From the IMG/VR virus record IMGVR_UViG_3300043101_000125: a DNA stretch of 64,000 nucleotides, one strand, 5' to 3'. The stretch comes from a virus. Each line of letters opens with the position of its first letter. Position 1 is the stretch's first letter. A program made the position numbers and the translations under genes. Shown one piece after another: positions 10,146 through 20,569 of this stretch. The notes under the pieces were generated by a model. That model was given only the letters and a program-made list of their open reading frames with translations, searched no databases and was not told the origin of the DNA.

Positions 10146-10673
10146 TTAATCCTCCTTTTCTTTTCCAACAAAAAGTATATGGTCATAATGATATTTTTCA
10201 TTTTCAGTTGGCGGGTTATATTGAGCGAACATTCTACGAATAACTGAACGAGGTACATAAGCTCGATTCTGACCTCTCCTTTGCTCATTCTGACTCAAAA
10301 TCTGTTCTAAAGGTAACTGGAAAGATACCGGAATCAAATAGACATTATCTAAAGTTAAACGGTCAAGAATTTTATTTCTTGATTTTTCAGAAAGATGAGT
10401 AGCATCTACAAAGATTGCGTCTGGGCCATCTTCATCTTCGATAGCTACCTCAACCCTTCGGCAAAACTCGTCAAAAACATCATCTTCATAGGCAAAGATA
10501 TTTTTATCTTCATCTTTCAAAAATTCTGCTCGAACTTCATCTCGTGAGATATGAACACAAGGATAGTTACATTCACTAATTTGTTTACGCACCCACGTAG
10601 TTTTTCCGCTCCCTGCCGGACCGCACATAAGAAATAGACTCTTCTGCTTCATCTCTGTACACTCCTTTCTCAA
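10146..10673 (-). CDS. P-loop polynucleotide-kinase-like protein (AAA_33/zeta-like). The likely start is MKQKSLF at about 10652.
   Basis: Walker A LMCGPAGSGKTTW. It is adjacent to a phosphoesterase, a Pnkp-like arrangement. Confidence 0.6.
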   Translation of the reverse strand: MRKECTEMKQKSLFLMCGPAGSGKTTWVRKQISECNYPCVHISRDEVRAEFLKDEDKNIFAYEDDVFDEFCRRVEVAIEDEDGPDAIFVDATHLSEKSRNKILDRLTLDNVYLIPVSFQLPLEQILSQNEQRRGQNRAYVPRSVIRRMFAQYNPPTENEKYHYDHILFVGKEKED

Positions 10674-10860
10674 AATTCTCTTTAAATTCTTCTACATCTG
10701 CATACGTTTTGCACTCAACATGATTAACTTCCATTTTACAGAATGGACAATATAACTTTTTCCTATGAAATCTTTCATGCTGGAATCCAGATTTCCTCAT
10801 AAGAGGAATCCCCTTTCTTCCACAATTCATGCAATAAAAAACGTGTTCTTCATACTTCAT
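10585..10860 (-). CDS. Zinc-ribbon protein (91 aa).
   Basis: CMNCG...CPFCK Cys pairs. The ORF overlaps the start of the kinase ORF in another frame. Confidence 0.4.
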   Translation of the reverse strand: MKYEEHVFYCMNCGRKGIPLMRKSGFQHERFHRKKLYCPFCKMEVNHVECKTYADVEEFKENFEKGVYRDEAEESISYVRSGRERKNYVGA

Positions 10861-10884
10861 ATCATTCCCTTTCTTTGATGTTTT

Positions 10885-11103
10885 TTAAATTTCGCCACTT
10901 TCCCATTCGATGTCATTTACATCATATAAAGAATTATCTTCAATGTAATTATCTATGGTCTTTTCAATAGCTGAGTCCCAATTTTTTTCTGTTAAAGGAA
11001 TATCTGACTCTATCTGAAGTATTTCTCGAACTTTATTTTCAGTTAACTCAAATGATATTAACTGCGTTAGAGATGCTGTAACAGCTCGCTTCATTTTTAT
11101 CAC
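10885..11103 (-). CDS. Hypothetical protein (72 aa).
   Basis: ORF with a class-1 promoter at about 11110-11160. Confidence 0.45.
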   Translation of the reverse strand: MIKMKRAVTASLTQLISFELTENKVREILQIESDIPLTEKNWDSAIEKTIDNYIEDNSLYDVNDIEWESGEI

Positions 11104-11353
11104 TTCCTTATCACTTATAAATATATTATATAATATTTTTAATTAAAAATCAATTAAGATTCTTTATTCTCTGTAGTCATCAACTAACTGAACGAAAAGA
11201 CCCTCTTCTCTTAGAAGATAATAAATCTCTTCTTCTGGTACTGAATACCAGCTAGGATGCTGATAATGAAGAAGTCGATAAGCCATAACCTCTAAAACTT
11301 CAGTCAGATCGCTTTTATCACAAGCACTAAAATCAATCATTTCTTACCTCCGA

Positions 11354-12088
11354 TTAATATTCCGTAAATCCATAACTTTCACATTCATCAGTTCTAAATA
11401 AAATTTCTTCAAAAGTGTCTAAATTTAAAAGAACAGTTGCTCCAGTGAAGAATGATCCAAGATCTATATCTACCTTATGATTACTACAGTACCATGCTGC
11501 TTTGAAAGGAATTTCTTCTTTTCTTGGGTCTATATATTCATAAAGATATGGAAGCGGAGTATGACCATGTACAATAATTGTGTTTGGAAAATTAATGAAA
11601 TCCCATTCATTATAAAAATGATGCCTATTCCAAATATAATCTTCATCTCTATGTATCATGCCTTCTCTTGGAGTAAAGCCTGAATGAGTAAGAATAATTT
11701 CTTGATTATCTTTATTAATATATTTTTCTATCACCGGAAGATTCTCAAGTTTCTTAATCCATTCTTCTTTATTCTTTTCATGCTTCCATTCTTGAAAAGT
11801 TTCAGAACCTCCATTAGAAGCCAGTAAATAAAATTCTGAGAAAGAAGCTCCGCAAGTTATAAACTCTTTCATAGAATCAATTAGCATATCTTCATGATTA
11901 CCTTTAAGATAGATAAACTGCGGATCCTCATATACCATTTTAATAACTTCCCAAGGCCACGGACCTCTATCTCCACAATCACCTAAACAATATACGGTAT
12001 CTTCTGGATTAAGAAATTCTTTAATTTTTAAAAGAAGATCTAATTCGCCATGAAGATCGCTTACTGCATATACACTCATATTTATCAA
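11354..12088 (-). CDS. Ser/Thr-phosphatase-like metallophosphoesterase (lambda PPase-like).
   Basis: DLHG...GDCGDRG...GNHE motifs. Confidence 0.7.
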   Translation of the reverse strand: MINMSVYAVSDLHGELDLLLKIKEFLNPEDTVYCLGDCGDRGPWPWEVIKMVYEDPQFIYLKGNHEDMLIDSMKEFITCGASFSEFYLLASNGGSETFQEWKHEKNKEEWIKKLENLPVIEKYINKDNQEIILTHSGFTPREGMIHRDEDYIWNRHHFYNEWDFINFPNTIIVHGHTPLPYLYEYIDPRKEEIPFKAAWYCSNHKVDIDLGSFFTGATVLLNLDTFEEILFRTDECESYGFTEY

Positions 12089-12093
12089 CCTCC

Positions 12094-12378
12094 TTATTTA
12101 TTATACCAAACTACATATTTATAATTACCTTTATGCTTATTTAACCAAGATGGATCGCATATTACAGAAATATTAGTTTCTTGGTTAATATCCTCTGCAA
12201 AAAATCCGATTCCATCATAATCCATAATTTCTGCATTTTTAACAAACTTAATAAACATACTCATTTCAATATAAGTTCCTGGTTCATATTCGTCATAAGG
12301 ATCATGAGAGGATAACCACTCTTCTTCAAAAAGTTTATCTATCCAGTATAAATCTTCTTCTGCAAAAATTTTATCCAT
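12094..12378 (-). CDS. Hypothetical protein (94 aa).
   Basis: ORF with a class-1 promoter at about 12393-12440. Confidence 0.45.
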   Translation of the reverse strand: MDKIFAEEDLYWIDKLFEEEWLSSHDPYDEYEPGTYIEMSMFIKFVKNAEIMDYDGIGFFAEDINQETNISVICDPSWLNKHKGNYKYVVWYNK

Positions 12379-12439
12379 TTTTTTATTCCTCCTTAACCTT
12401 ATAAATATATTATAATATATTTTTAATAAAAAATCAAAA

Positions 12440-12470
12440 AAGCTCTTTATTAGGAAAATAAAGAGCTTTA
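12440..12470. terminator. Rho-independent terminator downstream of the NADAR gene.
   Basis: aagctctttatt-agg-aaaataaagagctt with a T-run on the minus strand. Confidence 0.7.
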
Positions 12471-12480
12471 TAAATTGGCA

Positions 12481-12921
12481 TTATTTTTCTTTTAATTCAT
12501 TTCTTAATTTCATAAGCATCAGACCAAGTTTATTCTGCCCATGGTCTTGGCATCTTCCGCATTTACAGGATCCCCAATAGTTATCATGCCACCAGTTGCC
12601 TTCTTTTAAATATTCATCTCCAGTAGAAATAAGTTTTTGAGCTAATTCTGGATTTGAGAATTTATATGTAAGAGCACGCCACATAACCTTATCTTTTACA
12701 GATTCCCAATCTTTTCTTAATTCAATCCCTCTTCCAAGTCGTTTAGCCATTCCAGGAGTAGAAGCTTTAAGAATCTGTTCCCATTCATCTGGATTTAACG
12801 CTTTTGCGGCTTGAAAATAATGCTCTACTGTTGGAATTTTAATTCCATTTAAGGAAATAAAATTATCCATTTCATAAAAGTTACTTAAAAAGGCATATTC
12901 ACCATCAAATTTATCAATCAT
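12481..12921 (-). CDS. NADAR (YbiA/DUF1768) domain protein.
   Basis: GEYAFLSNFY...HYFQAAK signature. The family is linked to ADP-ribose processing. Confidence 0.65.
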   Translation of the reverse strand: MIDKFDGEYAFLSNFYEMDNFISLNGIKIPTVEHYFQAAKALNPDEWEQILKASTPGMAKRLGRGIELRKDWESVKDKVMWRALTYKFSNPELAQKLISTGDEYLKEGNWWHDNYWGSCKCGRCQDHGQNKLGLMLMKLRNELKEK

Positions 12922-13356
12922 GTTAAATTCTCCTTTTATATTGTTAAAGCCCTTTGCTTGGCAAAGGGCTATACTTAATACCTAAGAACAAAAAATAACC
13001 ATAATGCAACAAACCATATTGCACATAAAATTGCAATCCATTTAATGAATGGTGAAAAAATTATCGTTAAAAGAATAAAAAATAATGCTAGTATGCAAAA
13101 AATGAATAACATACAAATTAATTTCATTTTAAAGCTTTCACCACCTTTAGACAAAATAATATTCTTTAATTTTGAAATATTATTTTTTGTCTTAGAATAT
13201 AAAGCTACGATTGATCAGCTATTCTTAGTAAAATAGTAGATATCCCACAGGTAATAAAACCAATCAAATATCCTTGAATTGGAGTATTAGCTACTTTAGA
13301 TGTTAAAGTAACTGCAATAAATATAATAAGAACATAAACAATATATAAAAATGCTC

Positions 13357-13557
13357 TCAATCTTTTTTCTCCCCTTTTAATTCATTATATTTCTTTTCAA
13401 GCTCCTTATATCTTTGAAGAAGTTTGGCATAAGCAAACTGCGCCTGATATGCGGCATCCTCAAAAGTACATCCACGCTCTTGACAAGCATATAGATCTTC
13501 TTCCCATCCTTCTTCCATTGCTTCTTCTGGATATGGGCATCCTCCACAAATACTCAT
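13357..13557 (-). CDS. Small Cys-rich protein.
   Basis: CGGCPYPEE...CQERGC. Confidence 0.4.
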   Translation of the reverse strand: MSICGGCPYPEEAMEEGWEEDLYACQERGCTFEDAAYQAQFAYAKLLQRYKELEKKYNELKGEKKD

Positions 13558-14027
13558 ACAAGCATCCTCTTAATTACTCTACTTACCATGCCCATATCAG
13601 CTTTACCTTTAAACTGAGGCATAATAGTTTTCATAACTACGCCGGTATTTTTCTTTTCAAGTGCAATATTTAATTCATAAGCAATGTCACGAACTTCTCT
13701 CTCAATCTCTGCTGGGTCATTTAATAGAGTTGGCGCAAACTCTTTAATGATTTCCATTTTCTGCTTATACATAGCCAAAGTTTCTGCTCTCTCTGCCGGA
13801 CAAGTATCGATCATTTCCTGCATAGTTTTCTGCTCTTTAAGCAAAACCTGATCAATTAAAGATTCAGAAATATTATCTTTACACTTCTGGTCAATAGCTG
13901 CTTTCTTAACTGCGGAAACCATACTGGATAAAGTTTCTTTTCTTATCTTATCTCCGTTTTTCATGCTCTGAATCATTTCTTTCTGAAGATTCTCTAAAGT
14001 CATCTTTTTTCCTCTTTTCTTATCCAA
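13554..14027 (-). CDS. GatB/YqeY domain protein.
   Basis: Recognisable GatB/YqeY pattern, including MPQFKGKADMGMVSRVIKRML near the C-terminus. Confidence 0.6.
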   Translation of the reverse strand: MDKKRGKKMTLENLQKEMIQSMKNGDKIRKETLSSMVSAVKKAAIDQKCKDNISESLIDQVLLKEQKTMQEMIDTCPAERAETLAMYKQKMEIIKEFAPTLLNDPAEIEREVRDIAYELNIALEKKNTGVVMKTIMPQFKGKADMGMVSRVIKRMLV

Positions 14028-14256
14028 AATATTTTATAAAATCATTAACTCCATACCAAGCGCCTTCATATCTTGTAGCAAGAATTTCATCATATTTCTT
14101 TAAATCTTCTAAAGCCTCTTTAATAGAAGGAAAAACACATTGACAGATATGTCTTTTAGATAAATTTATATATCGATAGCCCTGTAATTTCTTGTCAAAG
14201 AAAATAGCTACTTTAGTTGAATGTCCATCTGTATAAATAATTGTAAAATCCATCAA
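14020..14256 (-). CDS. Hypothetical protein (78 aa).
   Basis: ORF only. Confidence 0.4.
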   Translation of the reverse strand: MMDFTIIYTDGHSTKVAIFFDKKLQGYRYINLSKRHICQCVFPSIKEALEDLKKYDEILATRYEGAWYGVNDFIKYFG

Positions 14257-14331
14257 TATTTCTCCTTCCTCATAATTCTTTCAAGTTTCTGTTTACGAGT
14301 ATTAGTTCTGCGTGGCTTTGCGCCAGGCTTC

Positions 14332-15039
14332 TTAAGCCCATTTCCAAGTAAAATTTCCAGCTGTTTTTCTTTTTCCATTACAAACTCTCCCGATAGAAGT
14401 TGAACTAATTCCAGTCTGTCTTTCTGCTTCTTTAGCAGAGTCGTATATAATATTAGTTTCAATACAAAGAACTTTAGTTTTTGATCTTTTTTGTTTTTTA
14501 ATTAAAAATTCTTCTTCTCCAGTATAGTCTTTAAGATATTTCCAGACAAGAGCATTTCCTTCAGAATCCTTTCCTGCACTTTGTAATTCTCCTGTACAAC
14601 ATTTTTCAATATGTTCTGCTCCGGTATCTCTTTTTGCTGAATTTATACTTTCATATATTTTTTTAGTATTTAAACAAATTACAGCATGTCCTTGAGTTTT
14701 TGCATTAGCAATTTGAATTTTTTCTTTATGAGATTGAGTTAAATGATGATTATTTCCTCCCTCTCGTAAATTATATCCATTCTCGATACTATTATAATAT
14801 TGAATCCAATATCGTTCTCGTTCATTTAAGTCCGATTCATTAAGTCCACATTCTAAAATTTTGTGTTCAAAATTATCCCATCCGTATTTTTGAATAGCGT
14901 TATAGAAATGGGTACAAGTAGAATATTCACTTCCTTTTCCCCATCTTTTTTGTAAAGTTTGAATGGTTTGTCCAATATAAGCTTTACCATTAATTTTATT
15001 AATATGAGCATATATAATGCCTTTTCTATTTTTATTCAT
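14332..15039 (-). CDS. GIY-YIG homing endonuclease (Seg/I-TevI-like).
   Basis: GIIYAHINKINGKAYIGQT...R...E motif, plus C-terminal repeated DNA-binding modules. Confidence 0.75.
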   Translation of the reverse strand: MNKNRKGIIYAHINKINGKAYIGQTIQTLQKRWGKGSEYSTCTHFYNAIQKYGWDNFEHKILECGLNESDLNERERYWIQYYNSIENGYNLREGGNNHHLTQSHKEKIQIANAKTQGHAVICLNTKKIYESINSAKRDTGAEHIEKCCTGELQSAGKDSEGNALVWKYLKDYTGEEEFLIKKQKRSKTKVLCIETNIIYDSAKEAERQTGISSTSIGRVCNGKRKTAGNFTWKWA

Positions 15040-15092
15040 ATATAATATTCCTCCTTCTCTTGATATTATATATGAATTTTATGTCAAACCTG

Positions 15093-15302
15093 TTAAACAT
15101 TTTTGTCAAAATTTTTTAATTCTTTTTTGTTGATTCTTTCCATTTTAGTTTTTCTTTTATCTAGTCTAGCCGGACGACAGCCTCTTTTAGATGAATATGT
15201 AGGACAGGTCTGACACAGCTTTCGGAAGACTGCATCCTTACCTAAATCACACTGGTGTTCACAAATATAGTGCAAGCACTGAATCTCTCTTCCTTTAGCC
15301 AT
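15093..15302 (-). CDS. Small Cys-rich hypothetical protein.
   Basis: ORF with several Cys pairs. Confidence 0.4.
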   Translation of the reverse strand: MAKGREIQCLHYICEHQCDLGKDAVFRKLCQTCPTYSSKRGCRPARLDKRKTKMERINKKELKNFDKNV

Positions 15303-15310
15303 GTCTTTTC

Positions 15311-15493
15311 TCCTCCTAATATCCTTTATTTTTCCAATGAATATATTCTGCGAGATTAAATCCGCCTAAGACAGTCCACATAATACTAAGTATTATTCTA
15401 AGGATAAATAATACTGTATTATTGGTTTCTGTCATAGCACAGATTCCCCATAAAACAGCACAAATAAAATCTAAAATAGTTGCAAATAATGTC
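15311..15493 (-). CDS. Possible small membrane protein with a GTG start (below the ORF-table cutoff).
   Basis: AGGAGG is followed by a GTG ORF of about 60 codons encoding two hydrophobic helices. Confidence 0.25.
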
Positions 15494-15497
15494 ACTG

Positions 15498-16853
15498 TTA
15501 CTCAGTCACCTCCTGGGCTTCTTCCATATCTGGCGCATCTGCTTCAACTTTTGCGATTCCCTCAAGAACTTTAAAAGAGAAGTTTTTATGCTTATAAGCA
15601 GTAAATTTTGGACGATTAATGATTCTACATACTACACCTTCACGAACATGAGTCTGGCCGATCGGGTCTGGACCATCATAAAATCTTTCTGCAATTTCTT
15701 TAATATATTCTCCTGCGTTTTCTACATTATCTGGAATATAACCTCTCCAGAGGAACGGAACACACTTAGCACCCATCTGAGATGCACGATAACGAACCTG
15801 ATCTGGATTATACTCAATTACATCTCCATCCTCATTAGTCATAGTCATTCGATAAATATAAAAATCAGAATCTGGCGGAGTACATCCATAAGAGAAAGTG
15901 GTAGTTTTTCCATATTTTGCAATGAAATCTTTATCCTGGGTTTTAGAGTTATTTACAGTAGACATAATTGGAGTTACAGAATCGCAAAAGCCAACTACTT
16001 CATAATAAACCTCTTCACCTTTTAAAAGTTTTCCTTCAAAGAATTTAGAGTGCTGCTCTCTAAATCTGTTGGAACCATAAAAACCACCATCATAATCATC
16101 AAGCACACAACGACGAGTACCGGAGATATAACCCCAGTCAAAATATGGTTCACCATCATGAATCGGCTCAAATTCTTTATGTCGAATTTTTGCCCAAATT
16201 TTGCGGAAATCATTTTTAATCATACAACGAACAGAGTCAACATAATCTTTCAAGACTGGAAGATATGCAGTTCTTTGAGAGGTGCCATGCATCTTCAAAG
16301 TGATTTCAACACAGTCTCCTGGATGAAATGCAGAAAGATTGTAAGCAAGCTGTTCAGTATCTGCATGCTCAGTAAAGAGCGGAGCGATATTTACTTTCTT
16401 TTTACGAGTTTTATTTCCTCTTTCACGAGGTTCAGAATTTTTACGTTTCGGGATATATTTCTTACAAATCTCATGACCATTAACTACATCAATAGTCTGA
16501 CCAACAGTCAACTTAGAGAGATTTACTCCAGTATATTCCAGACAAGTGAGAGGAAGAAACAAACCATCAGATTTTTCTCCTCTTAACCGAATAGAAGTTA
16601 CATTTCTTTTATCTGGATCCATATATCCACCGATATTTTTTCCAGTTTCATCTTTCTTTCGTACAAGGTTGTTTTTTTCACAAAATTCTACAGAAAGCTG
16701 ACCATCAGTTGGAAAATAAACTCCAACTTGACCTTCTTTATATTCAAGGCTAACGCAAACAGTATTTCCAAAGCAATCTGCCAAAAGAAGCCGATCTGCA
16801 TTAGAATGTTTTCTAACATTAGTAAGAGTGGTAATATAACCTACATATGCCAT
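15498..16853 (-). CDS. RNA ligase (Rnl2-like nucleotidyltransferase) fused to an N-terminal tRNA-binding OB (Myf/Trbp111-like) domain.
   Basis: The N-terminus RKHSNADRLLLADCFGNTVCVSLEYKEGQVGVYFPTDGQ resembles the tRNA_bind domain. The ligase lysine motif I is KMHGT. Confidence 0.6.
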   Translation of the reverse strand: MAYVGYITTLTNVRKHSNADRLLLADCFGNTVCVSLEYKEGQVGVYFPTDGQLSVEFCEKNNLVRKKDETGKNIGGYMDPDKRNVTSIRLRGEKSDGLFLPLTCLEYTGVNLSKLTVGQTIDVVNGHEICKKYIPKRKNSEPRERGNKTRKKKVNIAPLFTEHADTEQLAYNLSAFHPGDCVEITLKMHGTSQRTAYLPVLKDYVDSVRCMIKNDFRKIWAKIRHKEFEPIHDGEPYFDWGYISGTRRCVLDDYDGGFYGSNRFREQHSKFFEGKLLKGEEVYYEVVGFCDSVTPIMSTVNNSKTQDKDFIAKYGKTTTFSYGCTPPDSDFYIYRMTMTNEDGDVIEYNPDQVRYRASQMGAKCVPFLWRGYIPDNVENAGEYIKEIAERFYDGPDPIGQTHVREGVVCRIINRPKFTAYKHKNFSFKVLEGIAKVEADAPDMEEAQEVTE

Positions 16854-16927
16854 AATATTTTTCCCCTTTCTTTTTTTTCTTTTCTATATATATTATATAA
16901 AATAATATTTAAAAAATCAATTTACAA

Positions 16928-17365
16928 TTATTTTATTTCAGTCCAACCATTTTTTTGGATAACTGCTCGCATATTCTGTACTCCAACAGGATTCATGCTA
17001 TGAATTCTAATTGCATAATTGCGGCCGCTCTGCTCAAGCCAATCAAGAAGCTTAATATAATCTCCTCCATCTTCCGCATAATCGCCTGCGTCGTGGTCAA
17101 TATCAATGTAATCAATAGTCCATTTCTGAATAAGATCTTCCATTTCTTTTCGGCTTTTGGCTTCTCTCTCTCGGCAGTCTTCGCAATCAGTGCATTCTGA
17201 ATCCGCGTAGAATTTACAATGAGTACAATCTTTATCTGCTGAACGACCTTTAAAAGCCGCATTAGTTTTTTCAATAGCTTGAATAACAAATTTTGCTTCA
17301 TTAACACTTTTTGCTACTTTTGCATCTTTTGGACCCGGTCTTACATCATCAACCCATACAATCAT
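16928..17365 (-). CDS. Hypothetical Cys-rich protein.
   Basis: ORF only. The overlapping ORFs at 16955-17307 are treated as spurious. Confidence 0.4.
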   Translation of the reverse strand: MIVWVDDVRPGPKDAKVAKSVNEAKFVIQAIEKTNAAFKGRSADKDCTHCKFYADSECTDCEDCREREAKSRKEMEDLIQKWTIDYIDIDHDAGDYAEDGGDYIKLLDWLEQSGRNYAIRIHSMNPVGVQNMRAVIQKNGWTEIK

Positions 17366-18165
17366 TTTGCTTCAAGCCTCCATCTACAATTAAAATACTT
17401 AGTCTTGTTTCGATTTGCTTTTTTAATATTTCTTCCAATTCGGTCTAAAATCATATTTGGTTTATTGGGATCAGAATCTGGAATCTGATTATAAACCCAA
17501 GTTATTGCTTCTGTCATAGTTGCATATTCTTCAATGACTTGACCGCCCTTCATACGAAGAATTTTCATCTGCGCAAGGTCTTCATCTTTAATCTGTCCAT
17601 CAATTACGATACTTGCAGCTTCTTTAGCCTGATATTCAGGGAAAACACCAAATTCCATAGGAGATCCTGAAACATGATCATACACCTCTTTTAACATTTT
17701 TGCATCATCAAGTGCATTGTGAGCCTGTACGATTTCTTCTTTACGATAATACTCTACTACTTTCGCTAAAGCAATATTTTGAATTAAACCAAAATGAGCT
17801 TTAACGGTAGAAGAATAATCAATTAAGCTAGTATAAATACATCCAAGAATAGCTCCTGCTTTAAAACAAGTAGTCTTTTTAAAATTTGACTTTACAAAAT
17901 CTTTATCGCTATTTCCATAGCAATAAAATTCTGGGAGTGAATCATTTTCACTACACCAATCAAAAAACTTCGTAAAAACTTCATCTGAACTTGGCGCCAC
18001 ATCAATCATTTCCTGCGTTAAACCTGTCAGTTCTGTAATAAAATTATTGAGTTTTTTCTTAGTATGTACTAAAGAATAAAATTCAGCTCCATCTTCGCGT
18101 ACACATCCAATGGCAATAATTTCATTAGAAAACTGAGTAGCTTCAAAATCAATAAAATATTTCAT
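17362..18165 (-). CDS. DEDDh 3'-5' exonuclease (DnaQ/RNase T family).
   Basis: Exo I motif DFEAT and Exo III motif HNALDDAKM. Confidence 0.75.
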   Translation of the reverse strand: MKYFIDFEATQFSNEIIAIGCVREDGAEFYSLVHTKKKLNNFITELTGLTQEMIDVAPSSDEVFTKFFDWCSENDSLPEFYCYGNSDKDFVKSNFKKTTCFKAGAILGCIYTSLIDYSSTVKAHFGLIQNIALAKVVEYYRKEEIVQAHNALDDAKMLKEVYDHVSGSPMEFGVFPEYQAKEAASIVIDGQIKDEDLAQMKILRMKGGQVIEEYATMTEAITWVYNQIPDSDPNKPNMILDRIGRNIKKANRNKTKYFNCRWRLEAK

Positions 18166-18280
18166 AATATCAATTCCTTTCTTTTTATTTTTTTTCTTTT
18201 TCTCTTTACCTTACTTATATATTATATAATATTTTTTAATAAAAATCAATAAAGGGAGAGTGGTTTACACTCTCCCTTTA

Positions 18281-18622
18281 TTATTCCTCAGATATAACAT
18301 TTTTATCTCTTACAAAAAAAGTGCTTCCTTTTTGATAAATGATTTCATATCTATCTTCAAAATCATTAAAAGAGACATTATCTTCCACTAGAACTTGATA
18401 AGTCTTATAATGATAAGAACCGCCAGTAAAAATACAAAAAACGAAGAAAAACAATCCCGCAATAAGCATAAATTCTCCAATTTTTGCTAGCGTATAACTT
18501 TCGACAAAATGAATTATTAATGCACCTAAAATTACAATTATTACTGCTAAAATAATCCAAGGAGTAAACCCTGGACGTAAGCTCAAGTTATCAATCGTAT
18601 CAAGAATTGTTACACCCTGCAT
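18281..18622 (-). CDS. Membrane protein (113 aa).
   Basis: Two TM helices. Confidence 0.45.
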   Translation of the reverse strand: MQGVTILDTIDNLSLRPGFTPWIILAVIIVILGALIIHFVESYTLAKIGEFMLIAGLFFFVFCIFTGGSYHYKTYQVLVEDNVSFNDFEDRYEIIYQKGSTFFVRDKNVISEE

Positions 18623-18625
18623 TTA

Positions 18626-19402
18626 TTATTCCCCCATATAATAATTTGGATCTTTTGGAATCCATCGAATATCTGGTTCTTCATCGGAATTCCATCTGTC
18701 CCAAATAACAGATAAGTCTTCCATATCATTAAAATACATTTCAACGTGCGGCCGCACTAACCTGTCCGCATGAAAATGTCCAAAAAGCCAAACATTCCAA
18801 TGAAATTTATTTCGGAGTTGTTCCATCCATTTTTCCATTGAGTTATCAACTGTAGACTGATCTACGCCCCCAATAAAAAGATCGGTTGGTTGCCAAGAGA
18901 AAGGACATGTATGAGTTAAAACTAAATCAAACGTTTTCTCTTTTAGTTTTTCTTCAATTTTAGTCATTTCTTCGGTATTTAGTTGCTCTTGTTCAAACCA
19001 AGTCCACCCTCTACTTTGTCGATAAAATTTATCAACAGAATAAGCTCCGCCAATTACAATAGTATGTAATCCATTGATTGAATATTCTTCTCCATCTTTG
19101 AGGTATCTGATATTAGGATATTTTTCTTCAAAATAAATCCAACCATCAACATTTTCATCATAAGACTGTAACATAGATTCAAGTAACTGCGGTCGCTGTT
19201 CATGATTTCCTCGAACCAAATAAAAGATATACCCAAAATCACTCATAAGCTTTTTCAACTTATCGTCTCTTTTATTGAGATAATAATTGCAGCCCGCATC
19301 ACCGAGAATAATGATTGCAGTTTCTTCTGGATTTTCTTCAAGATTATGAAAACGATCTACATTTGCATGAGTATCTCCTGTAATTATCCATTTTTTAATC
19401 AT
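18626..19402 (-). CDS. Calcineurin-like metallophosphoesterase (third copy).
   Basis: GDTHAN...GDAGCNY...RGNHE motifs. Confidence 0.7.
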   Translation of the reverse strand: MIKKWIITGDTHANVDRFHNLEENPEETAIIILGDAGCNYYLNKRDDKLKKLMSDFGYIFYLVRGNHEQRPQLLESMLQSYDENVDGWIYFEEKYPNIRYLKDGEEYSINGLHTIVIGGAYSVDKFYRQSRGWTWFEQEQLNTEEMTKIEEKLKEKTFDLVLTHTCPFSWQPTDLFIGGVDQSTVDNSMEKWMEQLRNKFHWNVWLFGHFHADRLVRPHVEMYFNDMEDLSVIWDRWNSDEEPDIRWIPKDPNYYMGE

Positions 19403-20190
19403 TAAATTTCCTCCCTTGTTGCGCGTTTAATAATGTCATATTGTACATTATTTAACAATTCTTCTATTTCTGGATTACCTTTGTTATTAGTTTTTTCGTA
19501 AAAATCATTTGCCAGAAGGTCAATATGTTCTATATATTCATTTGCTAAAGCATTAGCTTCATTCAAATTATATTTTCCTTGCTTAATCATTTTTAACTCA
19601 GCAGGATTATCTGGATGCAAGCAATCTATAAAATCATTACCAGAAATGTATTTAGATAAATATTCATAGATTCTAACTAAATGTTGAAATTGTTTAGGAT
19701 CATATCCATATTTATTAAATACTTCTTCACGATCTTGAAGACAGCGCCCCATTTTTTTATATTTTTCTTTTGCGTGACCCTGCATACAACGTACTGCCGC
19801 ATATGGATTATAATGGGCAATTTCTTCTCTATGCTCAATTAATTGACTCCATTGTGGATAATATATTGGATTAACGACACAATAGTCTGTGAACAAAATC
19901 TCAAGGAAATTTAGATTTTGTTTTTTAAGGGTTTTAAACATTAATCGCACATCTTTAAAATCAATATGCTCATTATTTTTTCTTACATGAGTTGTACTCA
20001 TTGGCTGTAGGTTAAAAGCAAATTCTTTAAAAGAAGGCGCTACAATTAACTTAGTATCTACATCAGATTCCTTAGTTTCTAATCCATAATTCTGACTGCC
20101 CTGTAAGAAAATTCCAATAATTTTATTCTCTGGAAAATATTGTAAAGATTCATTATAGTGCTCTACAACTCTTTCTTCTGTTGAAATCAT
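19402..20190 (-). CDS. Pol-beta-superfamily nucleotidyltransferase.
   Basis: GSQNYGLETKESDVD, i.e. the GS-x(n)-DxD pattern. Confidence 0.55.
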   Translation of the reverse strand: MISTEERVVEHYNESLQYFPENKIIGIFLQGSQNYGLETKESDVDTKLIVAPSFKEFAFNLQPMSTTHVRKNNEHIDFKDVRLMFKTLKKQNLNFLEILFTDYCVVNPIYYPQWSQLIEHREEIAHYNPYAAVRCMQGHAKEKYKKMGRCLQDREEVFNKYGYDPKQFQHLVRIYEYLSKYISGNDFIDCLHPDNPAELKMIKQGKYNLNEANALANEYIEHIDLLANDFYEKTNNKGNPEIEELLNNVQYDIIKRATREEI

Positions 20191-20206
20191 TGCCTTACTC
20201 CTTTAT

Positions 20207-20557
20207 TTAATCTTCAGCCCAATTTCCCCAAATAACTTGATAAACTAAATGAAAATCTTGTTCAGTAGGTTCTTTAGGGTTTTTATATTTTATATTTACA
20301 ACTTCTGGAATACTATTTTTTTCAGACCAAACACTATCAAGGACTGAAATAATAGCTTCTTGCTTTTCTTTATTGGAACCTTCGGTATTTGCCGCAACAG
20401 TTGCTAATGCGATATCATCCTCTTGACTCCAATCGTAAGAAGGAAATCTTGGCATATAATCTTCGGACAATGATACTTGTGCTTCTGGAATTGGTGAAGT
20501 AATAATCATACCAATCATTCCAATAGCAAAAATCAAGGATAAAACCTTTTGTTTCAT
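20207..20557 (-). CDS. Small secreted or lipo-protein.
   Basis: N-terminal signal-peptide-like hydrophobic segment. Confidence 0.4.
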   Translation of the reverse strand: MKQKVLSLIFAIGMIGMIITSPIPEAQVSLSEDYMPRFPSYDWSQEDDIALATVAANTEGSNKEKQEAIISVLDSVWSEKNSIPEVVNIKYKNPKEPTEQDFHLVYQVIWGNWAED

Positions 20558-20569
20558 TACAGATCTCCT